Assembly (NCBI GenBank): GCA_965214935.1
Contig: CBDCCS010000022.1
Span: forward strand, 739,104 to 803,103
From: Candidatus Velthaea sp.
GTDB taxonomy: Bacteria; Vulcanimicrobiota; Vulcanimicrobiia; Vulcanimicrobiales; Vulcanimicrobiaceae
Reading direction: 5' to 3'
Length of the DNA stretch: 64,000 nt
How positions within the stretch are numbered: position 1 is the first letter of the stretch; each line of letters starts with the position of its first letter. Positions 8,610-17,647 of this stretch are shown in pieces. The notes below the pieces were generated by a model. The model made no database searches. It had not been told where the DNA came from and saw only the letters and a list, made by a program, of their open reading frames with translations. The translations under genes and the position numbers were made by a program.

Positions 8610-9545
8610 ATGAGTGACATCTCGGTTCGTGCCGCGACGCTCCATTGCGAATCACTCGCTTGGGTCGTCGCCAAGCGCGAATACTTTCGGATCGATCGTT
8701 GCTTTGCCGGTGACGACGATATGGCATTTGCGCTTAAATGCTTTACCGAACTCGTTCTTTATGTCGACCGCTTGGGCGCTGCGGGCATCTCAACGTCTGA
8801 GCTACGTGTATTGCTCGACTTCATCGAAGCGCAATTGCCGGCTTTCGATTGGATCGGCGCGGTGCTTCATTCACCGGTTTCGGGCGCGTCGCTCGGCTAC
8901 GTTCTCTCCGTCTGTACGCGTTTCAATTTACGCCTGCCGTTCGATCGGGAAAAAGCCTGCCGGCTCTACGATTGCGGCTACATCGACAGCCTGGAGCGCG
9001 TGCCGTTTCGGGCCATCGAGATCGCGTTTGCGATGCTTCCCGCCGGACCGCCGCTGGCCGACATAAGTTCCGAATTGACGCCGCTTACGACGGCCGGCAC
9101 GAGCCGCCTCAATCCGCAAACGACGCGGATGGGCATGTATAGCGTAACGCACACGATTTTTTTTGCCGCCGAATTCGGCGCGCGGCCGCTGGAACCGCTG
9201 CTGGGCCGGCAGCTCGTCGAACGTCTCGAACGTTTTACGAAGCTCGGCGCAGCGCATGCCATGCGCGGCGACGATCTCGACTTGCTCGGCGAATGGCTTA
9301 TTTCGTGGAACATCCTCAAGCTGCCGGCGACGCGGCTTGCAACGGCGGCAATCGACGCACTAGTCGCCGGCCGGCGTGCCGACGGCTCGCGTTCCGCCTT
9401 TACCTTCGATGAAGAACGGCATGCCGCATTGCCGCCGGATGCCGCCCTTGCCTACGCCTTTAAACACTCGTATCACACCACACTCGTCAGCGGCATGTGC
9501 GGTGTTCTCTGGCAGGCTTCAGCAATGTTAGCGGTGGCGGTATGA
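8610..9545 (+). CDS. Uncharacterised helical protein, DUF6895-like; putative peptide-modifying enzyme
   Basis: Motifs YSVTHTIFF, DLDLLGEWL, RRADGS and YHTTLV recall DUF6895 / alpha-alpha toroid proteins (recalled from memory, needs HMM confirmation); GGGAG upstream. Confidence 0.6.
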   Translation: MSDISVRAATLHCESLAWVVAKREYFRIDRCFAGDDDMAFALKCFTELVLYVDRLGAAGISTSELRVLLDFIEAQLPAFDWIGAVLHSPVSGASLGYVLSVCTRFNLRLPFDREKACRLYDCGYIDSLERVPFRAIEIAFAMLPAGPPLADISSELTPLTTAGTSRLNPQTTRMGMYSVTHTIFFAAEFGARPLEPLLGRQLVERLERFTKLGAAHAMRGDDLDLLGEWLISWNILKLPATRLATAAIDALVAGRRADGSRSAFTFDEERHAALPPDAALAYAFKHSYHTTLVSGMCGVLWQASAMLAVAV

Positions 9546-10276
9546 ACGCAACGACGCTTCCGTCGTCAAGCCGCTGGCGCGAAATTAGCGACCTCATCAG
9601 TGCGGCCAACGCCTTGCCTCACGATACAAACGTCGACGCGACCGTTGCAACGTTGCACGCCGGCCTGCACGCGTTTGCCCCAACGCGTGATGAGTTGAGC
9701 GCGCTAACGTTCTGCAATGCTGAACTGCTTTACGATGTGCTCGCCGCCACCTATTTTCTCCGTCGCTTCACGCCGGCGTCGCCGCTCTGTCCGCGCTTTC
9801 ACTCGATCGTCGCCGCCGCAGCCGCGTCGCATTTGCAATCGGGTATCGAAGTTGCCGCTCACTATGCCGCGGCCTGCGAGACGTACTTTCGTGCACTGGC
9901 CTATCCGCACGGCACTTCGCCGTACAGCGCGATGCCGGTCGCGGCATTCAAACTTCCATTCTATTTAGTCCGGCCGCGCACGCTTAGCGACCGGGCCGAC
10001 TTTCGCCGCGCAATCTATGCCGAGCGCTTACGAGACCCGGCGGCCGGTCCGCTCGCCGATCTGCTCGCTTACGAGCTGATCGACACGATTCGCGCCGGCG
10101 ACGCGACGCAAACCGCGTGGCTGTTGATCGCTTGGACCGGCAACACCGCGCTCGAACGCAGCTTGCTTTCAGCCGGTCTCCGTTTGCTCGAACGCGATCC
10201 GCCCGATCGACATATCGTAACTCTCGTCCACGCGAATCTTCGCGCCCGCGCAAACGCTCGAAAGGAGCCGCAATGA
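9542..10276 (+). CDS. Uncharacterised 244-aa protein in the putative RiPP operon
   Basis: ATGA overlaps with both neighbours; Ala/Leu-rich helical composition; no recognisable motif. Confidence 0.7.
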   Translation: MNATTLPSSSRWREISDLISAANALPHDTNVDATVATLHAGLHAFAPTRDELSALTFCNAELLYDVLAATYFLRRFTPASPLCPRFHSIVAAAAASHLQSGIEVAAHYAAACETYFRALAYPHGTSPYSAMPVAAFKLPFYLVRPRTLSDRADFRRAIYAERLRDPAAGPLADLLAYELIDTIRAGDATQTAWLLIAWTGNTALERSLLSAGLRLLERDPPDRHIVTLVHANLRARANARKEPQ

Positions 10277-11157
10277 CTTCCCTCACTTCACTCCGCCTAA
10301 GTCCGAATTGGGCCAGCGCTGCCGCTTGGCTCGCAACGGTACCGGCCGCCACCACGGTCGACGCATCGGTGCGACGGCTTGTCGGGCTTGCTACGTGTGC
10401 CATTGCTTCCGACGATCCGGCAATCACGTCCGCTTGGCAGACGGCACATGCCGCTGCCGAAGAGCGCGCCGCCCGATCGCTCAACGATCGCTTCCCGGCG
10501 TGCGATCCCTATCTCGTCGTTTTCGCCGCAGCGGCGGCACTGGGAGCGCGCTTGCCCATCGACGGGTTTCGCAGCGACCTGGGTGCGTTAGCCGCACAGT
10601 TGCAAACGCGTTCGGCATCGGCACGCAGCCATCCGCGCGTCTTTGCCGCTGCAATGCTGCTGCGAGCGATGGGTTACGAGGTTTCCGCCGATCGGGCCGA
10701 ACTCAATGCCTGGGTACCGCCCAGTCTTGAGAAACTCTTCGATGCCGATGATGCGATGCTCGCCAACCTCGCTCATTGGCTCACGCTGCAACGGTGTTAC
10801 GACGATGCAGGCACCGCGATCGCGCGTATCGGCGATCCGGCAGACGTCGCCGACGCACTCGTGGCCATCGCCGTAGCTGAATGCCGAGCGTATCGCCTGA
10901 CGACGGCTGCCGATGTCGTACGTGCCGTGCAAGCCGCCGAACTGCCGTCCGAAGAACTTGCCGAGATACGGAATTTTCTCGTACTTCAACAGCGCGATGA
11001 CGGAGCATTCGGTTACCGTAATCCGTTCGTGAGCGCGACAACGCCCGACGATGCGACTCGCTTCCATTTGCCGATTTCACTGGCGACCTTGATTGCCTTC
11101 GCGGAATACCGCCGCCGGCGCCCGCTCGTTGCAAGCATCGTCGAGCGTTTGCAATGA
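10273..11157 (+). CDS. Uncharacterised 294-aa protein with a prenyltransferase/squalene-cyclase (QW-like) repeat
   Basis: AAGGAG RBS, ATGA overlaps at both ends; NFLVLQQRDDGAFG matches the LxxxQxxDGxF/W repeat of alpha-alpha toroid proteins. Confidence 0.65.
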   Translation: MTSLTSLRLSPNWASAAAWLATVPAATTVDASVRRLVGLATCAIASDDPAITSAWQTAHAAAEERAARSLNDRFPACDPYLVVFAAAAALGARLPIDGFRSDLGALAAQLQTRSASARSHPRVFAAAMLLRAMGYEVSADRAELNAWVPPSLEKLFDADDAMLANLAHWLTLQRCYDDAGTAIARIGDPADVADALVAIAVAECRAYRLTTAADVVRAVQAAELPSEELAEIRNFLVLQQRDDGAFGYRNPFVSATTPDDATRFHLPISLATLIAFAEYRRRRPLVASIVERLQ

Positions 11158-12932
11158 GCCGGCAATTAGCGACTCGCTTTCTGCGTCTGATTCGGCCGTG
11201 GTTGGCGCGGATCGCCGGCGGCGCGCTTGCATCGGCACTTTGCGGCGCGGTCTATATTTTAGTGCCGATCGCGCTACGCAACGTTATCGACGCACTCGCG
11301 CACGGTGACGGCGCGGCAAAGACGCGGGCGGTCGAAGCCGGCGTCGCCGTCATCGTCGCAATCGCGCTGGGTCAAGCCATCTGTTCCTACTTTCAATCGA
11401 TGCTACTGGCCAGCGTCAATGCGGGAATGACGCGCGAGTTGCGGCGCCGGCTCGTCGAGCATGTTCTGCGTCTGCCCTTACGGGTGAGCGGCGCGGAACG
11501 TGTCGGCGTCTTTCTCGGACGCTATAGCGCGGATATTCCGGTCATTCAAGCCTTGGCTACGACGACGATTCCATCGCTGCTGCGCAATGCAGCAATCGTC
11601 ATCGGGCTGATCGCCGTGCTCTTCGTCATGTCGTGGAAACTCACGATCGTAACGGCCGTCGTCATTACCGTCGTCGGCTTTGCGTCGCAGCATTTCGTGC
11701 GCCGCACCGCCGGTCTATCGCGGCCGCTGCAGACCGTGCGCAGCGAAGCCCTCGCGTTGCTGGGTGAAATGATCGCAAACGTCGCGCTGATCCGCGCGTT
11801 CGGACGCCAAGCAACGATCGTCGCACGCATGAACGAGCGGCTCGATCTCGCCTACGATCTTTCGTTGCGTGCAGCTCGCGTATCGGCGCTTTCGCGGTCC
11901 GTCGTGAACATCGTGGGCGGCTTGCTCATTTGCACGATCCTTTGGCTTGGTGCAAGCAACGCGCTCACAAGTCACGTTGAACTCGCGACGATGATGGGTT
12001 ATCTCACGGCGTCGGGAATGCTCGCGGCGGCGCTCGGTACCGTCGCCGGAAGCGCCGGTTCGGTCGCTACATCGGTCGCGTCACTCGAACGATATCTCGA
12101 TCTGCTCGACGTGGAAACCGATGTCGACGAACAGCTTGGACGAACGCCTCCGGTGCTCGGCGCGCTCAGCTTTCAGAACGTATCATTTCGCTACCGCGGC
12201 GATACCGCGGTATTGCACGATGTAACGCTCGACATCCCGGCCGGAACATCGCTTGCCATCGTCGGTCCAAGCGGCTCGGGTAAAAGTACGATCTTACAAC
12301 TCGTGCTTGCCGCGTTCACGGCGCAAAGCGGCCGGATCTTCCTCGACGGGCATCCGCTCGACACGATTGCGACGTCGTGGCTGCGCGAACGCATCGGCTA
12401 CGTTCCGCAAGAACCGTATGTTTTTCATGGAACTATCGCCGAAAATCTCCGCTTCGGTAAGCCGGACGCGTCGGTCGCCGAGCTGCACGAAGCCTGCCGC
12501 GTTGCACGCTTCGATCGGGTTGTCGCCCGCTGTGCGACCGGATTCGATGAAGTCGTCGGCGAGCGTGGCACGACGCTCTCGCGCGGCGAAGCGCAGCGGC
12601 TCGCAATCGCCCGCATGGTGCTGCGCGATCCGGCGATCGTGTTGCTCGACGAAGCAACGGCATCGCTCGATGCCGAGAACGAGCGGCTCGTACTCGAAGC
12701 GCTCGACGAGTCGTTACGCGGCCGAACCACAATTAGCGTTACGCACCGGCTCGAAAATGCAATGCGCTGCGATCTCGTCGCAATCTTGTACGAAGGCCGG
12801 CTCGTCGAACGCGGCAGTCCGGCGGACTTATTACGCCGCGGCGGGATGTTCGCGCGACTTATCGCTGCGACCACCTTTGCAAACGAGACGGCTCTTAGCC
12901 GCATTACGCCGCTCACCGTCAGCCTGCTTTAA
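11154..12932 (+). CDS. ABC exporter, fused permease/ATPase (MsbA/MdlB type), no C39 peptidase domain
   Basis: N-terminal TM domain; Walker A GPSGSGKS, Q-loop YVPQE, LSRGEAQR, Walker B LLDEATASLD. Confidence 0.93.
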   Translation: MSRQLATRFLRLIRPWLARIAGGALASALCGAVYILVPIALRNVIDALAHGDGAAKTRAVEAGVAVIVAIALGQAICSYFQSMLLASVNAGMTRELRRRLVEHVLRLPLRVSGAERVGVFLGRYSADIPVIQALATTTIPSLLRNAAIVIGLIAVLFVMSWKLTIVTAVVITVVGFASQHFVRRTAGLSRPLQTVRSEALALLGEMIANVALIRAFGRQATIVARMNERLDLAYDLSLRAARVSALSRSVVNIVGGLLICTILWLGASNALTSHVELATMMGYLTASGMLAAALGTVAGSAGSVATSVASLERYLDLLDVETDVDEQLGRTPPVLGALSFQNVSFRYRGDTAVLHDVTLDIPAGTSLAIVGPSGSGKSTILQLVLAAFTAQSGRIFLDGHPLDTIATSWLRERIGYVPQEPYVFHGTIAENLRFGKPDASVAELHEACRVARFDRVVARCATGFDEVVGERGTTLSRGEAQRLAIARMVLRDPAIVLLDEATASLDAENERLVLEALDESLRGRTTISVTHRLENAMRCDLVAILYEGRLVERGSPADLLRRGGMFARLIAATTFANETALSRITPLTVSLL

Positions 12933-12970
12933 CACGCTCTTATCTGCTGCAAAATGGCGCAAGGAACATC

Positions 12971-13114
12971 ATGAACGACTTTCTCGAACGTCCGCTCCCA
13001 ACGCATCGGGGCGTAGCGACCCGGCTCCGGCACACCGACTGCCTACCCGATCGGCCACGACGCGGCTGCACGAACGCTGAGCTCGCAGAGACGCCGGCTG
13101 CTCATGCGCACTGA
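12971..13114 (+). CDS. Possible 47-aa small protein MNDFLERPLPTHRGVATRLRHTDCLPDRPRRGCTNAELAETPAAHAH
   Basis: AAGGAA RBS-like motif just before ATG 12971; stop overlaps start of next gene; no homolog recognised. Confidence 0.4.
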   Translation: MNDFLERPLPTHRGVATRLRHTDCLPDRPRRGCTNAELAETPAAHAH

Positions 13115-13817
13115 ACGCGAAACGTCCAATCGCCTCGAGCTGTGTGCGCTGACCAAAACGTATGGTGCGAAATACGCTATACGCGACGTGACGCTGACGC
13201 TCCACCCAGGCGTCACCGCGCTGCTCGGTCATAACGGAGCAGGCAAATCGACGCTCATGCAGATCCTCGCCACGACGGCGCGGCCGACATCGGGCGAACT
13301 GCGTTGGAACGGCGAAGCGATCGGCGCACGCACGATCGATCGGCTGCGCGCGCGACTCGGTTATGTACCGCAGCAATTTGCCGGCTATCCGCAACAGACC
13401 GTCGACGAGTTTCTTACCTATATCGCGCGCTTACGCGGGATTCGCGGCCGAGATGTGCGCAGCCGCGTTGCAAACTCGCTCGAAGCGTTTGCGTTGCTGC
13501 CGTTCGCTCGCACCCGGTTGAGCGCTTGCAGTCCGGGCACCTTGCAACGCGTCGGTATCGCGCAAGCGTTGCTGGCCGACCCGGCACTGCTTTTACTCGA
13601 CGAACCGACGGCCGGAGTCGACCCGGCAAATCGCGATGCGCTGCGCATGATGCTGCGCGAACTCGGACGGCACGCAATCGTGTTGATCTCGACCCATATC
13701 TTGTCCGATTTGACGGACGTTGCGACGCGCGCCGTTACTCTTCACGCAGGCAACGTCGCGTCTGACGAGCGTATCGACGTGCGCGCCGGCCGAAGCTGCG
13801 AAACGGCCGGCCGATGA
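13104..13817 (+). CDS. ABC-2 type transporter ATP-binding subunit
   Basis: Walker A GHNGAGKST, LGYVPQ, Walker B LLLDEPTAGVDP, ISTH switch. Confidence 0.92.
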   Translation: MRTERETSNRLELCALTKTYGAKYAIRDVTLTLHPGVTALLGHNGAGKSTLMQILATTARPTSGELRWNGEAIGARTIDRLRARLGYVPQQFAGYPQQTVDEFLTYIARLRGIRGRDVRSRVANSLEAFALLPFARTRLSACSPGTLQRVGIAQALLADPALLLLDEPTAGVDPANRDALRMMLRELGRHAIVLISTHILSDLTDVATRAVTLHAGNVASDERIDVRAGRSCETAGR

Positions 13818-15337
13818 TCTTCGCCACGCTCGTACGTGCCGAAATCGGAGCGCGCCTGCGGACGCCCGCCTTTCTTGCAGCCGCCGGAATCATGCTCGTC
13901 CTGGCCACGCTGCTGTTGCCGCTGCCGGGCGCACCATACACGACAATTACCTATGCAAATCGTCCGGGATTGCTCCTGGGCGGCTTTGCCGGCACGGCTT
14001 GCGGCACCGTGCTCACGATGCTCTTCGGCTTGCCCGCGCTCTTTGTTACCGGTGACTCGCTGGCACGCGACCGGCGCAACGGCTTCGGGCGGCTACTCGC
14101 AACGCTTCCGCTGTCAAACGTCGGCATCGTCCTAAGCCGGGCCGCTGCGGCGTTCGCTGCATCGGTCGGTGTCGCTGCCGCCGTCGGCATCCTGCTCGCG
14201 CTCGAAGGCAGTCTGCGCAGCGGAACGGCGTTTGACGCAGCGCAATTTTTCACTCACTATTTTCCGATCGTTGTCCCGGGTCTCGCCGTTTTTGCAGCGT
14301 TGGCAACGATCTTTGATGCGCTGTTGCCCGCACGCACCGGCTTGCGCGTCGCTGTTTGCCTCAGCGGCTGGATGGCGGTGCTGCTGCTGTCCGCGGTGCC
14401 GGCGATCGGCGCCTTCGATCCCGATGGCATTCGTCCGCTGCGCGACGAAGCGACGCGTGCATTCGCCGGCCTGAGCGGCGGGTGGTCGATCGGCTTTGTC
14501 AGCGTCGATCCGGCGGCGCAGCCGTTGCAGTGGTCCGGAGTTACGATCGATACGAGTTTTCTTGCGGCCCGCTTGACCTTACTTGCCGTTGCGGCGATCG
14601 CCGTCGCCGTCGCCGCCGCCGGTTTCGACCGCTTTGCGGCGTCCGCGCAGCGAGCCGGTAACAACCTCACCGCGCTCGGCGGCCGGATGTCGCTGCCGCG
14701 GCCGCCGGCGTTGATGCACTCTCTTCGCTACGGTCTCGGCGCGCGCATGATTGCCGACTTGCGCTATTGCGCCGGAGCGCAGCGGCGCCTGGCGTTTGTC
14801 GCTGCAGCGATCGCGGTGCTCGCCGCCGTCGTTTCGCCTGCATCGCTGCCGGCGGCGAAGATTACGATCGTGTTCGATGCCCTGTTCATCGCGCGGTTGT
14901 TCGGTATCGGCGATTTTGGCGAAGCGCGCGACCGGCTGCTACGAACGCTGCCCGGCTGTGCCGCGAACTGGACCCTCTGGAAGGCGCTCGACGTGTTCGC
15001 GACAACGACGCTACTCGCGCTCCCGGTTCTTGCCGTCGACCTTGCCCGTGAAGGTGCCGTCTCAGCCGCCGGTCTGGTTCTCACCGTCGGCTTTGTTGCG
15101 GCGCTGTGCGCGTTTTGTGCCCGACTATCGGGCGGTGCCGTGCTCGGAACGGTCACGACGTTCGGTTGGTGGTACTTGTGCATTCTCAACGCACCGCCGC
15201 CGGCGCTCGATCTCGCGGCGATCCGTGCACACCCGTCGATCGGGACGCTTGCCGCCGTAGCGCTAACGATCGCAATCCTCGCCGGGAGCGAGCGGTTTAT
15301 GCGCTTGAACCAAACTCGAAACCCAACGAGATCTTAG
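13814..15337 (+). CDS. ABC-2 type multi-pass permease (export or immunity)
   Basis: Many hydrophobic segments; RDRRNGFGRLLATLPLS ABC-2 permease-like loop; ATGA-coupled to the ATPase. Confidence 0.8.
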   Translation: MIFATLVRAEIGARLRTPAFLAAAGIMLVLATLLLPLPGAPYTTITYANRPGLLLGGFAGTACGTVLTMLFGLPALFVTGDSLARDRRNGFGRLLATLPLSNVGIVLSRAAAAFAASVGVAAAVGILLALEGSLRSGTAFDAAQFFTHYFPIVVPGLAVFAALATIFDALLPARTGLRVAVCLSGWMAVLLLSAVPAIGAFDPDGIRPLRDEATRAFAGLSGGWSIGFVSVDPAAQPLQWSGVTIDTSFLAARLTLLAVAAIAVAVAAAGFDRFAASAQRAGNNLTALGGRMSLPRPPALMHSLRYGLGARMIADLRYCAGAQRRLAFVAAAIAVLAAVVSPASLPAAKITIVFDALFIARLFGIGDFGEARDRLLRTLPGCAANWTLWKALDVFATTTLLALPVLAVDLAREGAVSAAGLVLTVGFVAALCAFCARLSGGAVLGTVTTFGWWYLCILNAPPPALDLAAIRAHPSIGTLAAVALTIAILAGSERFMRLNQTRNPTRS

Positions 15338-15367
15338 CGCAGGCCGCGCCGCTTCGCGAGGCTCGAG

Positions 15368-16003
15368 CTAGTTACTACCTGCCGCCGCGTTCACGACCGG
15401 CGTTGCGACGAGGTGTTCGGCGATGTACCACACGTGTGTTTCATTCGTCCGGAGCACTTGACTGACGAGCAGATCGTTTGTGCCTTCGTCGTCGCCGTCT
15501 TCGGTGGCTTTGATACCCTCGCGTACGCGCGCAATCGTCAGCTCGTGTGCGTCGAGCAGCCGCTGCAGCATCGCCGGAACGCTTTCAGCACCGTCGGGCG
15601 GCCGGGGAATATCGGTCAATTCGGCCACGTGACGCGGATCGCCGACCGCGATACCGCCGAGTTTCTGAATTCGCTCGGCCAAATCATCGGCAAGTTTGAG
15701 CTGTTCGGCTGCGTGTTTGTCGAGCAACAGATGAAGCTGATAGAACGTCGGCCCGCGCATGAGCCAGTGATGCTTTTTATACAGCGCGTAGAGGATCTGC
15801 GTATCGGCGAGAACGCCGTTCATCTGTTCGCAGCTTTTCGCGCGCTCGTCTTCTTCGAGCTTGATCGGGCGGTCGACTACGTCGCCGAAATGTTGTAGTT
15901 CGACGCCCATGCCGTCTTGCGCCGCTGCCGCTTGGCCGGCCGCAACCGACTTCCCGTTTGGCGTATGGTCGGCGCCTTCGCGGCGCGCCTTTGTCGTTGC
16001 CAT
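15368..16003 (-). CDS. dps: DNA starvation/stationary phase protection protein Dps
   Basis: HHWLMRGPTFYQLHLLLD and DDLAERIQKLGG Dps signatures; AAGGAG RBS before ATG 16003. Confidence 0.93.
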   Translation of the reverse strand: MATTKARREGADHTPNGKSVAAGQAAAAQDGMGVELQHFGDVVDRPIKLEEDERAKSCEQMNGVLADTQILYALYKKHHWLMRGPTFYQLHLLLDKHAAEQLKLADDLAERIQKLGGIAVGDPRHVAELTDIPRPPDGAESVPAMLQRLLDAHELTIARVREGIKATEDGDDEGTNDLLVSQVLRTNETHVWYIAEHLVATPVVNAAAGSN

Positions 16004-16109
16004 TAGCACTCCTTATATGACCTTTGCGTAACGCGTTTCTCCGGACATTGACGTTACCGTTCGCGGGTTGGTTCCGGGCGCGATGCCGGTGCGCCGCTTC
16101 TTCTCGCGT

Positions 16110-16640
16110 TTACGACATAATGAATCCGCCGTCGGACATCGATTGTTTGACCGGTGATCTACGCTGCATCGGTCGAGGCTAAAGAAGCGACGAGACCGGC
16201 GATGTCGTCGGCCGTTCCGGCGCGCCGCAACGGGATGCCGCGCACCCATTGCGCCATCAGCTCGCCCGGTGCATATTCTCAGAGCAACTTGCCCCAGGCT
16301 GCATCGTTGTAGGCTCACAGATCGGTGCCGATATTAGTAAGACAGATCGCATTGACGGTGATGCCTCACCGCGCCGGCTCTTTCGCCAAGCTTTGCGTGA
16401 GGCCCACGACGCCGAATTGCCTGGCTGCATCGTGCGCGTGTAGATGAAGCCTTGCCGCGCTTGTCCCACGCCGTAATGATGAGCCGGCCGCTTCTACGCG
16501 GTAGCAGAGGCCTTGTTGCGGCCTGGCAGCATAGGAAGACGCCCTTGGTAGTAACGGCCGTGACGGCGTCCCATTTATGTTCCGTCAAGTCGGCCAGCGG
16601 CTTGATGGTAACGATCGGTGCGCCGTTCTAGAATTGAGAC
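16110..16640 (-). pseudogene. Degraded SDR oxidoreductase remnant
   Basis: Stitched frames give ..DLTEHKWDAVTAVTTKGVFLCCQAA..GRLIITA/GQARQGFIYT/..FGVVGLTQSLAKE..*GITVNAIC..IPLRRAGTADDIAG..*ITGQTIDV/DGGFIMS*; several stops and frameshifts; no N-terminal GxxxGxG. Confidence 0.85.
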
Positions 16641-16642
16641 AA

Positions 16643-17614
16643 TCAGGCCGGCAGCGGCTCCGTATCGTCGACGAGTTTCGCGGCGGTAAACCGGTCGGTA
16701 ATGAGCACATCGATAAAGGCCCCGCGCAGCGCGCCGCGCAGCGCCGCAACTTTGCGTGCGCCGCCCGCCACCGCGACGACGCGCCGGACGTCACGCAATT
16801 GGTCGAGCGTTATTCCGATAACGCGCTCTTCGAGCGACGAGTGAATCGCGTGACCGTTCGCATTGAAGAAGTGCAGACAGATGTCGCCGACCGCGCCTAA
16901 TTTCGCGAGTTCCGTTAACTCTGCGGCGGTGAACACGTTACCGCTATCGGCTAAGAGTTTGGACGGCCCGACCGCGCCGACGCCGACGAGCGCCATCGTG
17001 GTACGCGCGAACTCATTCATCGTGTCGCGAACGAATGGATCGCTCAGCAGCACGTTCTTCGCTTTCGCCGACGTTGCCACGCCTTGCGTCGAAAGCAACA
17101 ACGGAGTTGCATGCGTCAGTTTCGCCAAGCGCACCGTGAGATTCGTCGCGTGCGCCTGCACGCTGGGATTTCCCATTCCGCCCAATATCTGCACGACTTT
17201 ATCGGCCGCGGGCGGCTTCAACGGATGGATGTTATCGACCATCCGCAGCAGCGATTCGCTCCAAGACGAGATACCGATGATTTCATCGCGCTCGAGCGTC
17301 GTCTCGACGTAATGCGCGGCGGCCTCGCCGATCCGCGCGAGAATCTGCTCTTCACGGTCCTCGCCGCAGTCGGCAACGACGACTTCGGACAGATTGAAGG
17401 TGCGCCGTAAGCGGTCTTCGAGTTCAGGATACGTGCCGCCCGGCACATTGACGGTGATCCGAACGATATCCTCATCGCGCGCTTTGCGAATGAGCCGCGA
17501 AACCGTCGTCTGCGAGATGTGAAGCTGGTCGGCAATGTCGGTCTGTTTCATTGCGTCGATATAATACATCCGCGCGATGCGGGCGCTCAGTCGAAGCTCG
17601 TGAATGCGTGCCAT
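16643..17614 (-). CDS. Sugar-binding transcriptional regulator (SorC/LsrR/DeoR-type)
   Basis: N-terminal HTH ARMYYIDAMKQTDIADQLHISQTTVSRL; sugar-binding domain GAVGDIC, VLITD. Confidence 0.93.
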   Translation of the reverse strand: MARIHELRLSARIARMYYIDAMKQTDIADQLHISQTTVSRLIRKARDEDIVRITVNVPGGTYPELEDRLRRTFNLSEVVVADCGEDREEQILARIGEAAAHYVETTLERDEIIGISSWSESLLRMVDNIHPLKPPAADKVVQILGGMGNPSVQAHATNLTVRLAKLTHATPLLLSTQGVATSAKAKNVLLSDPFVRDTMNEFARTTMALVGVGAVGPSKLLADSGNVFTAAELTELAKLGAVGDICLHFFNANGHAIHSSLEERVIGITLDQLRDVRRVVAVAGGARKVAALRGALRGAFIDVLITDRFTAAKLVDDTEPLPA

Positions 17615-17647
17615 ACCGTCGCTCCGGCATTCGTTAAGCGCCGCCGC

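Noticed and set aside
8120..11157. Assignment to lanthipeptide, lasso, radical-SAM or P450 RiPP classes
   Set aside because: None of the class-defining enzyme motifs is visible and precursor A2 has no Cys
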